From the NCBI GenBank assembly GCA_016181405.1, contig JACOZJ010000002.1:138608-202607 (forward strand): 64,000 nt of DNA, in the 5' to 3' direction. Each line of letters begins with the position of its first letter. The stretch's first letter is position 1. Under the pieces are notes generated by a model. The model saw only the letters and a program-made list of their open reading frames with translations, was not told the DNA's origin and made no database searches. The position numbers and the translations under genes were made by a program. Positions 58,689 to 64,000 of the stretch are shown here, piece by piece. This stretch comes from Candidatus Wildermuthbacteria bacterium. Lineage in GTDB: Bacteria; Patescibacteriota; Minisyncoccia; Minisyncoccales; UBA10102.

Positions 58689-59655
58689 CAAAAAGAAGGT
58701 CGAACACACCACTGGGCTCTCCCTTTCCCGTCTTGAGCTGCTTTTCAAGGATAAACAATTTTTCGTAGATACTCTTAAGTTCTGACAAAGAGAAGTTCTG
58801 CGCAATCTGCATCCCCTTTTTTAGTACATAGGGGTGCAGTTTTGTTTTCTGCAGCATTGCGCCGTATGAAAGTTTCCGTTCTGCCATATCGCGAATCTGC
58901 AAGAGCGTTCTGAATTGGTATTGCAGCATACTAGACAGATAGGAAGGAGGGTCGCCTTTTTGCAAATGGCGATAGAGAAGGTTAAGCGCCCGCTTTCTAT
59001 CTTTCTGGGCAGCAGCCTCAACCATCGCGAACACATCAGTCTCCTCTTGCGAGTTCACGAGCAGCGCCACGTCAGACTCCCGTACCTGCCTCGAGGAGTC
59101 AAGGCGGGCGGATGTGTTTTGGGTTGATCTTTTCCACGCCGCAATTTTTCTAATTTCATTGGAAAGCCGCCAAAGATCGCTACCCGCCGCCCGAGCCAGC
59201 GCCTCCTGAGCCTGCGGAGCAGCTTTGAAGCCGTAGCGTTCAAACTCCTGGGAAATCCACAGCTTTAATTTTGCAGGCGAAAGCAGCAGAAATTCCTGCT
59301 GCTTTGCATTCTTCTTGAGCCAACTGAAAAATTTACTTGAGTTTTTTGTTTTGTTCTCGGCTACTTCAAAGAGAATGATGATATGCTGCGTACTCTCTGC
59401 TAATCGCTTTCTTCGTTCAAACAGAAATTCTTCAAGCGCGCTGTTGGCGAATACGTTTTGGAAAATGAGCAGTTTCTTTTGCTCAAACATCGAAATACTC
59501 TCCAGGGCATTTTTTGCGTCTTGGAGCTCGGTGTGAGCACAATCAAAATACTGCACGTGGACCGCGTGCAGGTATGTTTTTTGATACTTCTCTTGGATCT
59601 CTTTGAATTTCTGCCGGGCCCGATAGGTGTCCGGCCCGTAAAGAAAGAAAATCAT
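58678..59655 (-). CDS. holA: DNA polymerase III delta subunit
   Basis: MIFFLYGPDTYRARQKFKEI N-terminus, plus a size and helical C-terminal pattern typical of HolA. Confidence 0.75.
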   Translation of the reverse strand: MIFFLYGPDTYRARQKFKEIQEKYQKTYLHAVHVQYFDCAHTELQDAKNALESISMFEQKKLLIFQNVFANSALEEFLFERRKRLAESTQHIIILFEVAENKTKNSSKFFSWLKKNAKQQEFLLLSPAKLKLWISQEFERYGFKAAPQAQEALARAAGSDLWRLSNEIRKIAAWKRSTQNTSARLDSSRQVRESDVALLVNSQEETDVFAMVEAAAQKDRKRALNLLYRHLQKGDPPSYLSSMLQYQFRTLLQIRDMAERKLSYGAMLQKTKLHPYVLKKGMQIAQNFSLSELKSIYEKLFILEKQLKTGKGEPSGVFDLLFATL

Positions 59656-60038
59656 TGCCCTTGCTCTTTTGGCTCCTGAAGGGTACCTCTAATCTTTTCC
59701 ACGATCTCCCCTGGCGTGAAATGCGCTTTGATAAGATAGTCTTTCGCGCCCAAAGCGATTCCCTTTTGCATGTCATCCCTCTGTCCGAGATTCGAGAGAA
59801 TAATGACAGGGATTGAAGCCAAGCTTGGATCTTTCTTCATGCGGCTCAATACCTCGAACCCATCAATGCCGGGAAGAATAAGATCAAGGAGCACAAGATC
59901 GGGCTTATCTTTCTGCATCTTGGAAAGCCCTGCCTCTCCTTCCGGAGCCTCTGCCACATCATATCCTTCTTTCCCAAGCTTTTGGATAATAAGCTCGCGC
60001 AGGAATTTGTCGTCTTCAATAAGTAAAATTTTAGCCAT
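59652..60038 (-). CDS. single-domain (CheY-like) response regulator
   Basis: ILLIEDD, DLVLLDLILPGIDG, ILSN, DYLIK. All receiver residues are present. Confidence 0.88.
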   Translation of the reverse strand: MAKILLIEDDKFLRELIIQKLGKEGYDVAEAPEGEAGLSKMQKDKPDLVLLDLILPGIDGFEVLSRMKKDPSLASIPVIILSNLGQRDDMQKGIALGAKDYLIKAHFTPGEIVEKIRGTLQEPKEQGQ

Positions 60039-60052
60039 ATGGGTGAAATATA

Positions 60053-60424
60053 CTATGCTGGACCAATTTGCTTCTGCACTTTTTCCAGTACTTCCTTCGG
60101 GTCGAATTCGGTTTTCACCAGCCAGTCCCGAACCCCTACCTCTTTTGCTTTTTCAATTTCTGCTTGCTGGCCCGAGTTTGAAATTATGATTACGGGGATC
60201 TTTTGCAATTCTTCATCTTTCTGCATTTCTGCCAATACCTCAAAGCCATTCAGGCGCGGAAGCACAATGTCCAAAAGCACAATGTCGGGACGCTCATCTC
60301 TAATTTGCTGTAATGCGACTTCGCCGTCACCTGCCACGAATGCATAATACCCTGCTCCCCTTAATTTTCTTTGCAATAGATCCGCAATCAGCTGCTCGTC
60401 TTCCACCACAAGGACTTTCTTCAT
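60053..60424 (-). CDS. single-domain (CheY-like) response regulator
   Basis: VLVVEDE, DIVLLDIVLPRLNG, IISN, DWLVK. Confidence 0.88.
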   Translation of the reverse strand: MKKVLVVEDEQLIADLLQRKLRGAGYYAFVAGDGEVALQQIRDERPDIVLLDIVLPRLNGFEVLAEMQKDEELQKIPVIIISNSGQQAEIEKAKEVGVRDWLVKTEFDPKEVLEKVQKQIGPA

Positions 60425-60432
60425 CTTCTATT

Positions 60433-62691
60433 CTATCTTACCTTTCTTTTTCCGACAAGTGAAGACTGTAGAGGAACTTTTTCCACAGGGAGAACAAAAA
60501 AGAACGTAGCGCCCTTGCCTTCCTTGGACTGAAAAGAAATCTTTCCTTTATGCGCCGCGATAATATTTTTCACGAGGTACAACCCCAATCCAGATCCTTC
60601 CGTATCCACAAGCTTCGCATTGTTAGCCCGAAAGAACTTTGTGAAAACGCGCTCGTGCTGGTCTGATGGGATCCCGATGCCTTCATTTGCAACCGTAACC
60701 TGCACCTCTTTGGATTTTTGAAGATAGGAAACGGCTACCATAACTCTGCCGCCTTTCTTGTTGTACCGGAGAGCGTTGTCAATGAGATTCTGGACTGCGA
60801 GCCGGACCTTTTCAACATCAATAAGCACCGTGGGAAGCTTGCACTTGGGCTTGTGCCACTCAAGCTTAACGCTTCGTCGTTTCGCCTCTTCTGTATACAG
60901 CCGCACCACTCCTTCCGCAAGTTCTTCCATCTGGGAAGACACGGGTTTATACACATACCTTCCTTCCTCAATGCGCGTGACGTCCAAGAGACCGTTGACG
61001 AGATTAATCATGCGCTCATTTGACTGATACGTTTTCCCCAAGAAATTTCGCTGCTCTTGCGTCATCTTCCCCATACTCCCGTCCAGCAGCATGTGGAGAG
61101 CCCATTTAATGGCAGAGAGGGGGGTTCTCAGCTGATGGGCGGCGAGTGAAACAAATTCTATCTTGAGCCGCTCCATTTCCTTCTCTCGCGTAATGTCGTG
61201 CAAAGACACAATGTTTCCTCGCAACTCCCCTCCTGTCCTTATGGGAATGCGAGCAACCTCAAGCACCCGACGATTCCCTATTTCCACCTCTTCCATCCCC
61301 GCGCCCTCCTGCTTCCGGCGCTGCTCTACTAGGCCCACGATACGTTTGAATGAAGGGAGGATTTTTAACTCTTCCGGGCGCTTGCCGAAGATATCACTGC
61401 CCGCGACCCCAAGAAGTTTCTCGGCCCTGGGATTCACCACCTCCAGAACTCCTTCTTCATTGAATAGCAGCAGTCCGTCGGTAAAATTTGTAATAATGGC
61501 TGCGGTGCGGTTCCGCTCTTGTTCGGCAGTCCGCCTTGCCTTTTCTGTTTCCTCCAGCATATCCATTAAGGCCGACCGGCTATCCTTAAGCTCGTCGCGG
61601 TATAGAATATTGCCCACCGCGATCGCGACCATATTGCCAACCGATTCGAAAATATGCCGTTCGCCCGGAGAATACGCGTGGGATTCCGCAAAATAAAAAT
61701 TGAGTATGCCAAACAATTCCCCCCGCACCATCAAGGGAAGGCTCGCGATAGAAAGAACTTTCTCTTTGATGGCTAAATCGATAAGTGTTTCGGAAAGTCC
61801 AGATTCAATTCCTGGAAAATCATACGTATGGACGTCCGAAAGAAATACGGGTTTTTTTGTAGAAGCTGCCCTTCCCACAATGTTGCCTCTGTTGATTGGA
61901 AGGGGATTTCGATTAAAACTTTCTACGTATCTCTCCGCGAGCCCCTTGTGGGTATAAATAAACAAATGCTTTCCGCCTTTCGTTGGGCGCCAGATCGCAA
62001 GTGCGCTTGTGTTGAGCGCCCCGCCGATGCTCTGGGAGAGTTCGTCTAAAAGCTCACGAAGGGATTTCTCCCCTGTGATGCTCAAAAGCTGGGTGGTTCG
62101 CTGAAGTCCCGCAAGCTGGCTCCGGCTCACCTCCAACTCTTGCCTGCTCCTCTTGAGCTTATCATAGACATCCTGGTTCTCGATTTTACCTCCTAAAAGG
62201 GAGGCAACAATGCGTATTGCCCGAAGTTCTTCTTTGCTTAGCTCCCGCCGTTCGCCGAAATAGAGATTCAGCACTCCAACCAAACGCTTGCCTTCAGACA
62301 ATAAAGGATGGGCCGCCAACGTGCGGAATGAAAGCGCCCCGGAGAGTATGAGTTTTTTCCAGTGCTCGGGCACATCGGAACGCTGAAGAATGTTGTGCTC
62401 CACAACCGTATCCCTATTCGCAAACACCTTTCCTACCACCCCTTCTCCCACGCGGGGCCGATGTTCTTCTTTTAAGAAAAATTCAGAAAAAGCCGGCGGG
62501 AGATTGGAGTGCGCCTCAAGGCGAAGGCGTTTTCCATCCTCTTCCAACAGCCATACCGCAGCGCCTTTCGCGCCTAAAGCCTCTTGCAACAAAGGAAGGG
62601 CTTGCGCGAAAAATCGTTCTAAATCTTTGGAAAGAGGCCAGTGAGCGGAAATGCGTTCTAAAAGCTCGAGCACCCAAGAAGGATTCTCCAT
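60433..62691 (-). CDS. GAF-GAF-PAS sensor histidine kinase
   Basis: H-box AAHQLRTPLSAIKW and N/G boxes (DNALRYN, GSGLGLYLVKNI). The N-terminal two-thirds has GAF/PAS-like repeats. Confidence 0.88.
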   Translation of the reverse strand: MENPSWVLELLERISAHWPLSKDLERFFAQALPLLQEALGAKGAAVWLLEEDGKRLRLEAHSNLPPAFSEFFLKEEHRPRVGEGVVGKVFANRDTVVEHNILQRSDVPEHWKKLILSGALSFRTLAAHPLLSEGKRLVGVLNLYFGERRELSKEELRAIRIVASLLGGKIENQDVYDKLKRSRQELEVSRSQLAGLQRTTQLLSITGEKSLRELLDELSQSIGGALNTSALAIWRPTKGGKHLFIYTHKGLAERYVESFNRNPLPINRGNIVGRAASTKKPVFLSDVHTYDFPGIESGLSETLIDLAIKEKVLSIASLPLMVRGELFGILNFYFAESHAYSPGERHIFESVGNMVAIAVGNILYRDELKDSRSALMDMLEETEKARRTAEQERNRTAAIITNFTDGLLLFNEEGVLEVVNPRAEKLLGVAGSDIFGKRPEELKILPSFKRIVGLVEQRRKQEGAGMEEVEIGNRRVLEVARIPIRTGGELRGNIVSLHDITREKEMERLKIEFVSLAAHQLRTPLSAIKWALHMLLDGSMGKMTQEQRNFLGKTYQSNERMINLVNGLLDVTRIEEGRYVYKPVSSQMEELAEGVVRLYTEEAKRRSVKLEWHKPKCKLPTVLIDVEKVRLAVQNLIDNALRYNKKGGRVMVAVSYLQKSKEVQVTVANEGIGIPSDQHERVFTKFFRANNAKLVDTEGSGLGLYLVKNIIAAHKGKISFQSKEGKGATFFFVLPVEKVPLQSSLVGKRKVR

Positions 62692-62724
62692 AACAAGAAG
62701 AGGTATTGGAGGGAAGCGCCTCTT

Positions 62725-63126
62725 TTAAAGAGCTTTTCTTCCTGCCTGTGCCACCTCTTGGTCTTGGTCTGCCATTCCTCCAGCTACCCCTACGGCGCCG
62801 ATCGTTTTATCGCCGGACTTGAGCGTAAGCCCTCCGGGGAATACGACAAGACGTCCGCGGTCCATGCCGGCCAACCCATAAGCGATTTTCCCCGGCTGAA
62901 CCAAGGGGGCGATTTGGTGAGTGTCAAAGCCGGTGGCTGCCGCCGTATAGGCTTTATCTTGAGCAAGGGTGATCCCCGCAATCATGGCCCCGTCCATCCG
63001 CTCTTGCAGCACGAGGTTTGCTCCCTCGTCCACTACGGAAATGACCATGGGAATGCCAATTTCATGCGCCTTTACCTCGCACGCCGCTACGATTTTTTTT
63101 GCGTGATCAAGAGTCATCGTATGCAT
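62725..63126 (-). CDS. GlcG/HbpS-like (DUF336) haem-degrading-family protein
   Basis: LDHAKKIVAACEVKAHEIGIPMVISVVDEGANLVLQERMDGA, AYTAA, GGLTLKSGDKTIGAVGVAGG. Confidence 0.75.
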   Translation of the reverse strand: MHTMTLDHAKKIVAACEVKAHEIGIPMVISVVDEGANLVLQERMDGAMIAGITLAQDKAYTAAATGFDTHQIAPLVQPGKIAYGLAGMDRGRLVVFPGGLTLKSGDKTIGAVGVAGGMADQDQEVAQAGRKAL

Positions 63127-63175
63127 CGGTAGAAATAATTATTAATAAGACCTTTCGTGTATCCTACGCTCCACT

Positions 63176-64000
63176 TCACAGCGCAAGTGTTTCCAGTTCG
63201 CCCCAGTTGCGTCCCATGTTCACATCTACCCGCAAGGGCACCTCAAACCGCCAAATGTTTTCTAGGAGCTCTTTCACAGAACGACTTGTTTTTTCCACTA
63301 TACCATCGGCAATCTCAAACAACAACTCATCGTGAATCTGCAAAAGCATGCGAGCTTCCTGTTCCGGAAGCGCAAGATCTTCTTGAATCCTCACCATTGC
63401 CATCTTTACGATGTCGGCCAAACTTCCTTGAATAGGATGATTTTGCGCCATACGTTCTGCCGCGGCTCGTAGTTGGGGGGTGCTCGAGTTTACCTCAGGA
63501 AGATATCTCCGCCTTCCAAACATAGTTTCCACGTATCCATGACTTCTCGCGAATTCCTTGGTTTCCTCCATATACTCATATACCCTCGGGAAGCGTACAA
63601 AATATTGGTCAATAAAATCACGGGCTTCTTCAAAAGGAATGCCGGCAGATTTGGCAAACCCTTGAGCGCCCATGCCATAGAGCACGCCAAAATTCAGGGC
63701 CTTTGCGCGAAATCGCATTTCTGGAGTCACCTCTCCTTCCGGGACTCCGAATACCGAGGAGGCGGTCATAGCGTGAATATCAGCCTTTGCGCGAAAAAAT
63801 GAACGCATCTGTTCGTCGCCCGATAGATGAGCCGCAATGCGCAGCTCCATCTGAGAATAATCAAACGAAACCAACGAAAACCCTTCTTCTGCAATGAACC
63901 CCCGGCGAATGCGCTTTCCCCACTCCCCTTGCTTGGGAATATTCTGCAGATTGGGTTCTGCGGAGGATATACGGCCTGTCGCGGCGCCCAACTGGTCAAA
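63176..64000 (-). CDS. polA: DNA polymerase I, C-terminal polymerase domain (partial; continues past the right edge)
   Basis: RISSAEPNLQNIP, DYSQMELRIAAHLSGD, RFRAKALNFGVLYGMG, QIHDELLFE. Confidence 0.92.
   Translation of the reverse strand, partial: FDQLGAATGRISSAEPNLQNIPKQGEWGKRIRRGFIAEEGFSLVSFDYSQMELRIAAHLSGDEQMRSFFRAKADIHAMTASSVFGVPEGEVTPEMRFRAKALNFGVLYGMGAQGFAKSAGIPFEEARDFIDQYFVRFPRVYEYMEETKEFARSHGYVETMFGRRRYLPEVNSSTPQLRAAAERMAQNHPIQGSLADIVKMAMVRIQEDLALPEQEARMLLQIHDELLFEIADGIVEKTSRSVKELLENIWRFEVPLRVDVNMGRNWGELETLAL

Overview
This is a bacterial chromosome segment with small, tightly packed genes, many of them joined by ATGA/TAATG overlaps. Most lie on the minus strand in long housekeeping runs: metG, xfp-pta, rsmI, glyQS, recO, ileS, argS, then smpB-ssrA-infC-rpmI-rplT, polX, greA, murE, ruvA, uvrB, rpsT, holA and polA. 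The gene content (phosphoketolase/Pta fermentation, many aminoacyl-tRNA synthetases and repair genes, no biosynthetic operons) suggests a reduced-genome, Patescibacteria/CPR-like organism. That is inference only, since I could run no searches. I saw no CRISPR array, transposase, integrase, reverse transcriptase or rRNA. The backbone is interrupted by visibly GC-richer patches: the LuxR genes at 1.2-3.1 kb, a glycosyltransferase at 4.2-5.4 kb, two small-ORF islands at 10.9-15.6 kb and 53.8-55.8 kb, an oxidoreductase at 40-41.2 kb, and HAD+IGPD at 44.5-46.1 kb.

The most interesting region is 10.9-15.6 kb. On the minus strand there are five copies of the same module: a near-consensus promoter, a leaderless or near-leaderless 25-34 codon ORF, then an intrinsic terminator. 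In each module the last codons of the short ORF are complementary to the 5' arm or loop of the terminator. Four of the five peptides carry single-class amino-acid runs (WWW, FFFFAFF, IMIVLVVLLGV, IISIIS). This is the architecture of trpL/pheL/ilvL-type ribosome-mediated attenuators. Here, however, the modules are clustered and gate unknown small GC-rich proteins (one Sm-like) plus an atypical CCA-encoding tRNA(GAG) that lacks a long variable arm.

Other notable items:
- IleRS carries a histidine-phosphatase domain inserted between its two CXXC motifs.
- Two tandem-HTH LuxR proteins sit next to a pseudo-receiver regulator.
- An MPGS/GpgS-like glycosyltransferase, a GH63-like hydrolase and an RHH-nucleotidyltransferase-like fusion form a cluster beside a double ATP-grasp ligase.
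- The greA leader has a three-element terminator/antiterminator.
- A PRTase-like/Lrp fusion sits beside an orphan HAD+IGPD pair.
- argS contains a 7-nt microsatellite.

All calls come from reading the sequence and the ORF translations. No folding energies, HMM searches or database searches were run.
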